Shown here piece after piece: positions 1 to 12,599 of a DNA stretch of 64,000 nucleotides. Source of the stretch: Euglena gracilis (lineage: Eukaryota); the NCBI GenBank assembly GCA_039621445.1, contig CP154954.1, positions 26,238,954 to 26,302,953 on the forward strand. Direction: 5' to 3'. Position 1 is the first letter of the stretch; each line of letters starts with the position of its first letter. The position numbers and the translations under genes are program-made. The notes under the pieces were generated by a model. That model searched no databases, was not told the DNA's origin, and was given only the letters and a program-made list of their open reading frames with translations.

Positions 1-283
1 AACTGTACTTCCGAACCCCTCCTCCCTCATCGACAAGTTTATTTAATTTTCAGCCGTTAGAAGCCTTTTTGCCTTCGGAGCTGCAAACAAAAACCGCCCG
101 AAAATGGGCAATAATGGGTCGGAAAACGGTATTTCTGTATAATTGGCTGTTTATTTGGATTTTTTTTCGCATTTTCATTTTTTTTTGGTACCTGGTTTGA
201 CCCCCAGTTTGGGCCCAGTTCCAGCCAAAGGACCTTCTGGGGGAGGTCAGCCAGCATCCTTTTCCACCAACCCATTTTTCCAG

Positions 284-479
284 CCTCATAAGCAAAAGGA
301 ACAGTGTAATGGAGAAGGCAAGGGGACACCCATGAGCTCTTTATTCGCGGGGCCTGCCGCCGTCCTCCCACCGGGCGGAAACTTGGCCCCGGCAACCCTT
401 TCCGGCCGCCGCTCACCCGGCCACCTGGTGCAAGAGCGGGAACGCCTCGGGGAGAAGCCTCCCACCCTCTACATCTCCG
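284..479 (+). CDS. RRM/SR-like protein, exon carrying the RNP2-like motif (5' boundary uncertain)
   Basis: Reads ...ERERLGEKPPTLYIS-G and ends at a phase-1 G|GTGTGC donor (480). Joins in frame to 17657, giving TLYISGLDTLLSDED. The start could be the AG at 282-283, the ATG at 332 or a CTGccgcc|G site at 362. Confidence 0.65.
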
Positions 480-3400
480 GTGTGCGGACGCCGCAGAAAA
501 TGTCGTGCGAAGCTAATCCACTGCAGAAATCCTTCACTCCCAGAAAAATAATATCGTTGAACGTTTGTTTGATTCCTCACTGCGTCCACCCCGAGGCCTG
601 GTCACGGTGGAGGATGAAGATGGATGCCTGTGCGCTGCTGTGCAGGGTGTCGCGCGGTGTGGCTGTTCTGCACCTGCGACTGACCCATCCTTTATGGCTT
701 TCCTCATGGCAATGCAAACTCCCCAAACACCCAAACAGGACAAACCATTTTGTGAAACCAACTTCTGCCAGTGCCATTACCCCCAAATAGGACCCCATGC
801 CGATTTTCTGCAAAAATCCAAGAACTAGACCAGAGGACTGCACAAGGATCCCTGCAACCACATGGGTAGTGGGTGGGGGGTCACCCCCCCCATCCCCATC
901 CTGGTGGGTGGGGGGTCCGACCCTCCTTCTCCCCACCAGGCCCTCCCTCCTGTACTTTCAGGGGAGTCGATTTTTAGGCCAAATTTTTCCTTCGGTGCCG
1001 AAAGAGTTTTCATTGCTTGGGTACTATGGTGGGTAGGGGGGTTGACCCCCCCCTCCCAGGTGGGGGGTTGACCCCCAACAGGCTTTCCCGTACACCCCTG
1101 CTAGACCCCCCCCAAATAAGACCCCTACTTGGGATTTTCAGGGAACTCCAAGAAATTGACCACCGTAGAATTTTTCAAAAAAACGTGTGCTGAAATAAAA
1201 TGCGGTAAAAAAAATATCATTTTCGAGACATTTTTTGCCCATTGCCAAAACCGTCCTTTTTGGACCTATTTTTGTACCCCCCGAAGGCTTTTCTCGATCG
1301 AGGTGCTCAGCAAAAATCAAAAACAAAACCAGGTTTTGAGTAGGACTTGCACCTGTTGGAAGGCCGAAAAGACTGGCATTGCAAATTTCGCGGAATTTAT
1401 GATTTACAAATTACTCATCTGCAATTTACAGTAACTTTCAGTATTTTTACAGTGAATTTTAAAACGTTAAGAGATCAGAGACCCCCTCATACCCCCCATA
1501 CCCCTTTTCTCAGATTTTTTCGACTTTTTTTGGGCCCGGAAATGACCCAAACTCCATGGGTTTCGGGCCAAAAACGGGGCGCTGGGTGGGGGGGGGTGTC
1601 GAAAAACGCGCATTTTCGGCTCAAAAACAGTTTTCCGGGTCCGGGAGGCCAAAAAAACATTGTTTCGGGCAAACTTTTTCTTTCCATTTTCTCCAACTTT
1701 TTTTGACCCGTTTTTGACTTAGGGGGTCGAAAAACGCTCATTTTCGGCTCAAAAACAGGTTTTTACAGGTTTGGGAGGCCAGAAAACATCGTTTCGGACA
1801 ATTTTTTTTCTCGATTTTTTTCGACTTTTTTGGCCCAAAAAAATGGCCTAAAACGGGCAAGTCGAAGCAGGCAAAAACTGTACAAAATGGCCCAAATTGG
1901 CCAAAAAAATGGCCGTAACTCGGGCTAGGCGGGGAGTTGCAGGAAATCAAAATAACCTTAGATAGGGCATTTTAAGGGCTTCAATTTAGGTCTCCGGACA
2001 TTTCCTTTGACTCCCCACCATTTCTGAGAAATTTCAGGAAAATTGATTTTTTTTTACCCCAAAAAGGGCCGAAAACGGCCAAGTTGCAAGCCTACCGCAC
2101 TGTTCTCGAGGAGGGCTGGCTTGCTGGCACCCCCCCCCCTGTGGAAGGCCAGTTTGATGCATTTTGTCATTGTCACAGATTGTAAATAATCACTTTCCAG
2201 AACTTTCCAGAATGGAAAAGAATCATTTGTTGAAAAGCCCTTCAGATATTGAGACAAGAATTAAAATTCATCCACAGGGGGGTTCCAGAAATGGAAACAT
2301 TCAATTGGCCGGAAACAAGCTTCCGGTCAAACAAGCCCCGGTTAGCAGTTTTTTTCTAAAGCCAGAGGGGGATCCTACCCCCTGGGAGGGAGGTCAGCCA
2401 CTCTCGTCAGCTGGACCGAATTTTTTTTGGGACAAAGTGCAGAAAATGTCTCCGAAAAAGGGAAAAAATATATACCAAAAATGGTTGAGCGTTTTTTGAG
2501 GGCTGGCTTCTGCTTAAGGGATTGCAGTGCCCCGGGGAGCTGGACTGCAGCTAGTCCAAATTTGGCTAGTGGGATTTCTAGCAGACCCCCCCCCAGGGTT
2601 CGATATAAGGAGGGCGTACATGGTTTAGGTGGGGGGGTGTCCCCCCCCACCCCCCCCCTCCTGGCCCGCAGGGGGGGGGTCCGGACCACCCCCCCCCCCC
2701 CCACCTGCAAGCCTCTCCACCGGGACCCCAGCGGCGCCCAGCCTCACCGATTTTCGGCGGAGAGGTGGCAACATGCCCTAGGCATGGCTAACCGGGCAAA
2801 CCTGGGATGAGGTGGCCCCTCCACCTTTTATCAGCTGAGCACCGCTGACCCCCCCCCCCCCCCCGCCACACAACCCCCCCAACGCGTGGCTATCGGTGCC
2901 CGATCGCCCCAAACGCCCCCCCCCCCCCACTGCGCCACGTGGCCCCTGACAGCAACCCCGACCGCCCACACCCAATCCAGGGGTCTCGTAGGCTTTTCCC
3001 TCATGTTCTCGGAGAACCTACCTGGCCTCCTTGAACTTCTCCCCCCTCCACCTCCACTCCGCCCCACCAGTGGAGGGGGGGGCCGCTGCTACACTGGCAT
3101 TTCCGCCACTCGGCCGGGGACCCCGGGCCGGCCTCCGACCTCGTGTACCTCCCCGCACAGTGGGATTCTATGTGCCATCGGGCACCTTCACACACTCGGG
3201 GGGCCTCCCTGGGAAACCTTGAACAGCCACCAGCCCCCCACCCTCGGAAACTAGCCTTCCTATAACAATTTTTTTTCCTCCCTACCCCCCCCACAGAGTC
3301 CAACGGGCAAGGGCCGCAACACCCCCCTCCACCCCGCCCACTTGCGCCTCAGCCTCACAGTGCTGCTCAGCCAGCCTTTTCCCCTCTCATCTCCCTACCC

Positions 3401-4309
3401 CCCGACGCCCCAGCAGGCACGCTCTACCAAAACCGAGCGCAAAATGAACACCAATCACACACTCAAAACCTGACCCGACTTCCCCGGAGCGGGCCGCCAT
3501 CCCCCGCCCGGGGGCCCAAAATGGACTCCCACGGCCCTAAGGGGAAGCAATCGCCCCTGGGGGCCCCCAGCCCTGCTCGAGAGCCTCCACGAGCTCATCG
3601 TGATCCTCCCACCCGGAACGCATGCCGGGTGGTCACACAGCAAAACCCTCCCTCCCCGTGTGGCCGGCCATCGCCCACGGGGCACAACATACGTAGGTCA
3701 CACACGGGGGGCTCTTTTCCGGCGTTACATGTTCTCGGCGGGCAAGCGACACTGGACCGTGAAGTTCCCGGCCGGCAAGTGTACCCCGACAAGACTGCGC
3801 CAGGCTCGGGGCCGCCCGACGCAGTCCTGTGGGCTTGGTATACGCCCCTCAGTCCCCCCACCCCCATCACCTCTGCCACCGAAGGACAAAAACAACACCT
3901 CAAGCACTCCCAGGTTGCTTTCCCCGCTTTCTGGCCCAGTCACACTGGGCAACACTTGACGTGCAAGGGACCGAGGCGTGCTAGGTCGTGCCTCGCCAAC
4001 TGAGACGCGGTCACTTGACTGCCCTAGCCACTCCTGAACCATCAAGCTGACATAGGCATACCCCCCGAAAGGAGCGCCCCCCCCCAAATATGTTCTTTTC
4101 CTTTTCTCAACCCAGCGCACAAGACCGAAGGGACCCCCCAAAAGAAAAGCAAAACAAAACAAAACAAAACAAAACAAAAAAACTACACATGACCCACGCC
4201 TCAGCAAGTTTCACCGGAGCCACCCGCGAAACTCGTCAGGGAGGGACACCCAGACACGGCACGTCACCACATCGTGCGCACCCGCCCCCGTCCGGAGGCC
4301 CCACCGGAC

Positions 4310-7300
4310 GGCACCCGCGCTAACGCAATAGCCACCTGGCTGCCCGCTGCTGCCCCAGCATTCAAAGACCAGCCCCACCCGCTACCTGGCCTTTGCCTGC
4401 TCGAGCCACCCAAACATCCCCCACCTGCAATCACAGTTACCTGCGGTTAATTCTCACATGGAGAACCCCCTCGGAGGCACACCAAGGTTGCGCCTCCCCC
4501 CCAGCTAGCGCACAGTCACCCCTACCCCCAACCTCAAGCTCCTTTCTTTACTTATCTATGCGATAACCACCCGCAAGTCCCCCCCCCCGATTTTTCACAG
4601 CCTAGGACCATTCAGGAATTGTGCCCATTAACGCCCACCCCCCCTCAATCAGCATCACCCCAGCCCCGAACCCACACGACCTCCTTCCCCCGCGCACTTG
4701 CTGCAAAAATCCAGGGACGGGCCCCTCACATCATGCGGACCCCCCCCCCCCCCCCCGACAGACACCTCCCCCACCCTGTGTGGATGTCTGGCCCACGCCG
4801 GGAGGCAGCGCAGGCATCCGCTCCACCGTCCTGGCCCGGCCCCAACCCCAGCTTATGCACGGGCCACGGACTAGTGAGCTCGGGCCAGGTCGCCTGAGCC
4901 TGCGGCGGCCCATTCCCCCCCTCCCGGAACCGATCGCACGCCCCCCCCCCCAATCACCCGGACACGGCACGTCCGCACCTTAGCGGCACGTCCGCACCGC
5001 TCCCCCCCCCCCCCCCCGTCCGGAGGCCCCACCAGACGGCACCCGCGCTCACGCAGCTTCACCGGGCCACCCTCAGTTGTCCCTGCATTCAGAGACCAGC
5101 CCCAACATTACCTGGCCTTTGCTTGCTCCGACCCCAAATGACCCAGACACCCCTCGCAGGCACAGCACAATTTTTTTCCCTTCTTTTGCAATACTTTACG
5201 CGATAACCACCCGCAAGTCTTCCCCTGAGAGTGCCGGGCCACCCCCCCGGCATCATCGTACAGTACCACCAACCAGGCTGACCGGTGCGACACCAGCCCT
5301 CTGAGACAAAACCTCCACCCTTGCACCAGGCTGTCCCCCCCCATTTTTCACGGCCATGCACCGCCCAGGCACTGTGCCCATTAACGTCCCCCACCCCCCT
5401 CTAATCAGCATCACCCCAGCCCCGAACCCACACGATCCCCTGTGCGTTTGCTGCAGAAACCCAGGGACGGGCCCCTCACAGCATGCGAACCCCCCCTCCG
5501 ACAGACACCCCGCCCACCCTGTGTGGGTGCTTGGCTCACGCCGGGCGGCAGCGCCGGCATTCGCTCTACCGTCCTGGCCCGGCCCCAACCCCAGCTTCTG
5601 TACGGGCCACGGACCAGTTAGCTTGGGCTCGGTCGCCTAAGCCTGCGGCAGCCTCCCCGGAGCTGATCGCCCCCCCCCCCTGAATACACATTACATCAGA
5701 TTACCCCCAGACCCTGTGCGCGCTCTGCCTGCCCCGCAACGTAGGGGGCCCCAGTCGAGGGAGACATTCATTCCCCCCCCACCCGAACTGGCTTACAACC
5801 TCACCACGACCTCCGCATCAAACCTCAGACACCCCACCGCTCCGACCCAGAATGTCGTGGGGCCGACTTCACGCCCCACAATAGAATGGCAACCCCCGGG
5901 CACCCTACAGCTTCAAACCCATCACAAGGCTTCTCAGGCCCGACCAGACAAACTCTGTCACTGGCCGACCCTAGAGGCGACTGAGTGCTGTATCAGAGTG
6001 ACGGACAGGGCTAAGGCTCAAAATACCTCCAATCCAAAGCCCCCCCCCGCCCAGCGGAGCCTAGCCTCTTCATGGCGCAGGTGGTTTTTTTTGTGTGTGT
6101 GTTTTGTTTTTGTTTTGCATCATCCCGACCTCCCAGCACACCCACCCCCACCCCTCCCTCCTGGTCCGCAGGGGGGGGGGTCCGGACCACCCCCCCACCT
6201 GCAAGGGCGCTCACGCAGTTGCCACCTGGCTACCGCCCCCGCATTCAAAGACCAGCCCCAACCTGTTACCTGGCCTTTGCTTGCTCAAGCCCCCCCCACC
6301 CGCATTTACTGCTACCTGAAGTTAGTCTTTACATGAAGAACCCCTCGGAGGCACACCAAGGTTGCACGCCCCCCCCCCCCCAGCTAGCGCACAGTTGCAG
6401 TCACCCCCACCCCCAACGTCAGGGCTCCTTTTTTTCCCCAATATTTATTTATTTACGCAATAACCACCCGCAAGTCCTCCCCTGAGAGTGCCGGGCCCCA
6501 CCCCTGGCATCATCACACAGTACCACCAACTGGGTTGACCGGGGTGACCCCGAGACAAAACCCCCACCCCTGCCCCCCTCGATTTTCCACGGCCCTCGCC
6601 GCTCAGGCACTGTGCCCATTAACCCCCACCCCCCCACTCACCCCATCCCCACCCGCAACCCCCCCCCCCCCTCCGCACCCCCCTACAACCTGACGGGCCA
6701 CCTACTGCCCCCCCCCCCCCCCCCCCCCCGCTCTGGCCCCTCTGTCGACGCACCCCCCCCTAACCCCCCACCCCATAGGCCCACACCCCGCAAACCCCCA
6801 CCCCCCCCTCCCCCTTTCCACTTGCTCACCCCCCACCCCCCACCTCCACCCACTCACCCCATCTTCCATTTACAATGAACCACCCCCACGCCCCCCCTAG
6901 CGCCAGTTGCAGTCCCCCCGCTCTTTTCCAATCTCATTATTTAATAAACCACCCCCAGAGTGCAGGGCGCCCCATGGCATCAACCAATGGGTTGGCAGGC
7001 CGGCCGAGACAAAACCCCCACCCTTGCACCAGGCTGCCCCCCCTCGATTTTCCACGGCCTCGCACCGCTCAGGCACTGTGCCCATTAACGCCCCCTCCCC
7101 CTCTAATCAGCATCACCTCACCCCCCCCCCCCCCCCCGCACTTGCTGCGAAAACCCAGGGACGGGCCCCTCACAGCATGCGAACCCCCTCTCCGACAGAC
7201 ACCCCCCCACCCTGTGTGGGTGCTTGGTTCATGCCGGGCGGCAGCGCTGGCATTCGCTCTACTGTCCTGGCCCGGCCCCAACCCCAGCCTATGTACGGGC

Positions 7301-7820
7301 CATGGACCAATGAGCTCGGGCCCGACCGCCAAAGCCCGCGGCGACCCATTCCCTCCGCCCCCTCCTCCCCCGAGCTGATCGCACACCCCCCCCCCCCCCC
7401 CCCAGACACACATCACATCATACTACCCCTGGACCCTGTGCGCGCTCTGCCCGCACCGCAACGTAGGGGGCCCCAGTCGAGAGAGACATTTGTTTCCGCC
7501 CCCCCCCATCCAAACTGGCTTGAAGCCCCACTACGACCTCCACGACAAACCTCAGACGCCCAACCTCTCGTCTCTTGACCCAGAGTGTCGTCGGGCCATT
7601 TCCACGCCCCACCGCAATTTGAATGACAACCCCCGGGCACCCCACAGCTTCAAACCCATCACAAGGCTTTTCAGGCCCGACCAGACAAACTCTTAGTCAT
7701 TGGCCGACCCTAGAGGCAACTGAGTGATTTGTCAGAGTGACCGACGAGGCTAAGGCTAAAAATACCCCCATTCCGAGCCCCCCCCCCCCCCCGCCCCAAG
7801 CGAAGCCCAGCCTCTCCGTG
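4310..7820. repeat. Three degenerate tandem modules (about 0.7-1.7 kb)
   Basis: Recurring blocks such as TGTGCCCATTAAC (about 4620, 5373, 6611, 7077) and CAACGTAGGGGGCCCCAGTCGAG (about 5737, 7459). Confidence 0.8.
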
Positions 7821-7954
7821 GAGTAGGAGAGGAGTGGCCCCCACATCACCCAGGGGGTACGGCGACCAGGGTGCACCCAGCTGGGTTTTCTTTTTTCTGC
7901 ATCACTTCTGCATTCCCCACCCTCTGCCCTGACCGACCCTCGAGAGGAGCCCCC

Positions 7955-8534
7955 CATCATACATCCCGGCCTCAGCCGGCACGCTCCATTCATCCCCCCA
8001 TCATACCACCCCGGCCTCTGCCCCCCAGCGGGCACGCCCTCATCCCCCCATCATACCATCCCGGCCTCTGCCCCCCCAGCGGGCACGCCCTCATCCCCCC
8101 ATCACACTATCCCGGCCTCTGCCCCCCCCAGCGGGCACGCCTTCACCCACCCCCCACCCCGGGCCACCGTCGCCCCCAGCCCCTGCCTCCCGACGTCATC
8201 ATACGAAGTTCACCAACGACTCACCCTCTTGTTGTTCGTCGCCATCCTGTCCTTCCCTGCCGTTCCCCGCAGCGGGATCATCGTACGATGTACTCCGCCT
8301 CTGCCCCAGGACACCTCGGCCGTCGTCCTTATCATCAACCCTGCTGTTCCACGCGGCCTGCACATCGTACGAAGTTCATTGCCGCAGATGCCCCCCTCCC
8401 TCGTCGCCCTGGCCCTGTTCCCTGCCCTTCGCGCTCGGCGGGATCCTCGTACGATGTTCACCGCCGCAGACGACCCCCTCCCTCGTCGCCCTGGCCCTGT
8501 TCCCTGCCCTTCGCGCTCAGCGGGATCATCGTAA
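7955..8534. repeat. Short tandem repeats (about 50-bp x3-4, then about 80-bp x2-3)
   Basis: CATCCCCCCATCA(T/C)AC...GCGGGCACGCC at about 7991, 8041, 8093; CCCTCGTCGCCCTGGCCCTGTTCCCTGCCCTTCGCGCTC at about 8398 and 8480. Confidence 0.8.
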
Positions 8535-11500
8535 GCCCCGGCCCCGCCCCCCACCTATTCCAACCGGCAACCCCAGCCCCGCCACCTACCTATGCCAGCC
8601 GGCACCCCGGTCCCGCCCCCTACCTATGCCAGCCGGGAACCCCCGGCCCCACCTACCCCAGCCGGCAGCCCCGGCCCCGCCCCCTACCTATGCCAGCCGG
8701 CAACCCCAGCCCCGCCCCCTACCTATGCCAGCCGGAAACCCCGGCCCCACCCCCTACCTATGCCAGCCGGAAACCCCGGCCCCACCCCCTACCTATGCCA
8801 GCCGGATACCCCGGCCCCACTCCCTACCTATGCCAGCCGGCAAACCCCGGCCCCGCCCTACCTATGCCAGCCGGAATCCCCGGCCCCGCCCCCTACCTAT
8901 GCCAGCCGGCACCCCGGTCCCGCACCCTACCTATGCCAGCCGGCACCCCGGCCCCGCCCCCTACCTATGCCAGCCGGAAACCCCGGCCCCACCCCCTACC
9001 TATGCCAGCCGAAAGCCCCGACCCCACCCCCTACCTATCCGACCCTCCAACCCGGGCCCCGCCCCCTACCTATGCCAGCCGGCACCCCCGGTCCCGCCCC
9101 CTACCTATGCCAGCCGGAAACCCCACCCCCTACCTATGCCAGCCGGCAACCCCGGCCCCGCCCCCTACCTATGCCAGCCGGCACCACCGGTCCCGCCCCC
9201 CTCCTATCCCCGCCGGCAACCCCCGCCCCACCCCCTTCCTATTCCAGCCGGCCCCCCACGCCCCACCCCCACCCTCTGCCACCCGGCAACCCCCGCCCCA
9301 CCCCCTACCTATGCCAGCCGGAATCCCCGGCCCCGCCCCCTACCTATGCCAGCCGGCACCCCGGCCCACCCCCTACCTATGCCAGCCGGAAACCCCGGCC
9401 CCACCCCCTACCTATGCCAGCCGGAAACCCCGACCCCACCCCCTACCTATGCCAGCCGGCACCCCCGGTCCCGCCCCCTACCTATGCCAGCCGGCACCCC
9501 CGGTCCCGCCCCCTACCTATGCCAGCCGGCAACCCCGGCCCCACCCCCTACCTATGCCAGCCGGCACCCCCGGCCCCGCCCCCTACCTATGCCAGCCGGC
9601 ACCCCCGGCCCCGCCCCCTACCTATGCCAGCCGGAACCCCCGGCCCCACCCCCTACCTATGCCAGCCGGCACCCCGGGCCCCGCCCCCTACATGCCAGCC
9701 AGCACCACCGGTCCCGCCCCCTACCTATGCCAGCCGGCACCCCCGGCCCCACCCCCTACCTATGCCAGCCGGAAAACCCGACCCCCCCCCCTACCTATGC
9801 CCCCGACCCCACCCCCCCTTACCTATGCCAGCCGGCACCCTCAACCCCGCCCCCTACCTATGCCAGCCAGCACCACCAGTCCCGCCCCCTACCTATGCCA
9901 GCCGGAAACCCCGGCCCCGCCCCCTACTATGCCCCCGGCCCGCCCCCTACCTATGCCAGCCGGCACCCCGGCCCCACCCCCTACCTATGCCAGCAGGAAA
10001 CCCCAGCCCCGCCCCCTACCTATGCCAGCCGGCAACCCCGGACCCACCCCCTACCTATGCCAGCAGGAAACCCCGGCCCCACCCCCTACCTATGCCAGCC
10101 GGAAACCCCGACCCCACCCCCTACCTATGCCAGCCGGCACCCCCGGTCCCGCCCCCTACCTATGCCAGCCAGCACCCCCGGTCCCGCCCCCTACGTATGC
10201 CAGCCTGGCAACCCCAGCCCCGACCCCCTACCTATGCCAGCCGGCACCCCCGGCCCCGCCCCCTACCTATGCCAGCCGGCACCGCCGGCCCCGCCCCCTA
10301 CGTATGCCAGCCGGCAACCCCGACCCCACCCCCTACCTATGCCAGCCGGCACCCCGGGCCCCGCCCCCTACCTATGCCACCAAGCACCACCGGTCCCGCC
10401 CCCTACCTATGCCAGCCGTCACCCCCGGCCCCACCCCCTACCTGTGCCAGCCGGAAACCCGACCCCACCCCCTACCTATGCCAGCCGGAAACCCCGACCC
10501 CACCCCCTCCTTACCTATGCCAGCCGGCACCCTCAACCCCGCCCCCTACCTATGCCAGCCAGCACCACCGGTCCCGCCCCCTACCCATGCCAGCCGGAAA
10601 CCCCGGCCCCACCCCCTACATATGCCAGCCGGCACACCTGGCCCCGCCCCCTACCTATGCCAGCCGGAAACCCCAGCCCCACCCCCTACCTATGCCAGCC
10701 GGCACCCCCGGCCCCGCCCCCTACCTATGCCAGCCGGCAACCCCGGCCCCGCCCCCTACCTATGCCAGCCAGCACCACCGGCCCCCGCCCCCCTACCTAT
10801 GCCAGCTGGAAACCCCGGCCCCCCCCCCTCCCTATCCCAGCCGGCATCCCTGGCCCGCCCCCTACCTATGCCAGCCGGCAATCCCGGCCCCGCCCCCCAC
10901 CTATGCCAGCCGGAAACCCCGGCCCCACCCCCTACCTATGCCAGCCTGGCACCCCTGGCCCCGCCCCTACCTATGCCAGCCGGCAACCCCGGCCCCCGCC
11001 CCCTACCTATGCCAGCCGAAACCCCCGGCCCCCCCCCCTACCTATGCCAGCCGGCACCCCCGGCCCCGCCCCCTACCTATGCCAGCCGGCACCCCCGGTC
11101 CCGCCCCCTACCTATGCCAGCCGGCACCCCCGGCCCCGCCCCCTACCTATGCCAGCCGGCACCCCCCCCACCGCCCCCTACCTATGCCAGCCGGCAAACC
11201 CGGCCCCCCCCTACCTATGCCAGCCGGCACCCCGGTCCCGCCCCCTACCTATGCCAGCCAGCACCACCGGTCCTGCCCCCCCCACCTATGCCAGCCGGAA
11301 ACCCCGGCCCCACCCCCTACCTATGCCAGCCGGCACCCCCGGCCCCCCCCCACCTATGCCAGCCGGAAACCCCGGCCCCACCCCCTACCTATGGCAACCC
11401 CCGCCCCGACCCCCTACCTATGCCAGCCGGCACCCCCGGCCCCGCCCCCTACCTATGCCAGCCGGCAACCCCGGCCCCACCCCCTACCTATCCCAGCCGC

Positions 11501-12445
11501 CAGCCCGCCCCCGCCCCCTACCTATGCAAGCCGGCACCCCGGCCCCGCCCCTACCTATGCCAGCCGGCACCCCCGGCCCCGCCCCCCTACCTATGCCAGC
11601 CGGCACCCCGGCCCCCGCCCCCTACCTATATGCCAGCCAGCACCCCGCCCCCGCCCCCTACCTATGCCAGCCGGCTCCCCGGGCCCCGCCCCCTACCTAT
11701 GCCAGCCGGCACCCCCGGCCCCGCCCCCTACCTATGCCAGCCGGAAACCCCGGCCCCGCCCCCTACCTATGCAAGCCGGCACCCCCGGCCCCGCCCCTAC
11801 CTATGCCAGCCGGCAACCCCGGCCCCGCCCCCTACCTATGCCACCAAGCACCGGCCCCGCCCCCTACCTATGCCAGCCGGCACCCCCGGCCCCGCCCCTT
11901 TTCTATGCCAGCCGGCACCCCCGGCCCCTCCCCTCACCTATGCCAGCCGGCACCCCCGGCCCCGCCCCCTATCTATGCCAGCCGGCAACCCCGGCCCCCT
12001 CCCCCTTCCTATGCCACCCGCAACCCCGGCCCCGCCCCCTACCTATGCCAGCCGGCACCCCTGGTCCCGCCCCCTACCTATTCCAGCCGGGAACCCCGGC
12101 CCGCGCCCCCTACCTATGCCAGCCGCAAACCCCGCCCCGCCCCCTACCTATGCCAGCCGGCAACCCCGGCCCGCCCCCTACCAATGCCAGCCAGAAACCC
12201 CGGCCCCGCCCCCCACCTATGCCAGCCGGCACCCCGGCCCCGCCCTACCTAGGCCCCCCCCGGCCCCCCCCCCCCCGCCACCCCCCCCCCCCCCCGTCTC
12301 GCCCCCCCCACCCGCCCCCCCCGCCCCCCCCCCCTACCTATGCCAGCCGGCACCCCCGGCCCCGCCCCTACCTATGCCAGCATCCAGCCCAGCCCGCCAG
12401 CCGGCCGCCCCCCCTACCTACTATGCAGCCGGCCCCCCCCCCTAT
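8535..12445. repeat. Minisatellite, about 35-bp unit, roughly 110 copies
   Basis: Unit TACCTATGCCAGCCGGCACCCCCGGCCCCGCCCCC, starts at 9444, 9479, 9514 (period 35). Confidence 0.95.
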
Positions 12446-12599
12446 GCGGCGGTGAATTGGCACTGGTTCTGAACATGAGTACATTGTGGTATCGGACGGT
12501 CCTGCTGGGAAGAAAAAACCCGACCCCTCCCCCCCCCACCCCCCGCCTACCCCCTGCCCCCCCCGTACCCTCCCTTTCCCTCCGCTTTGAAATTCTGTT

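Noticed and set aside
8535-12445. CRISPR-like array
   Set aside because: Head-to-tail units without unique spacers, no cas genes, eukaryotic context.
7871-12472. Three overlapping 1200-1500 aa Pro-rich ORFs
   Set aside because: They are read-through of a stop-free 35-bp minisatellite. The same peptides cycle through all three frames, and the region lies in an intron.
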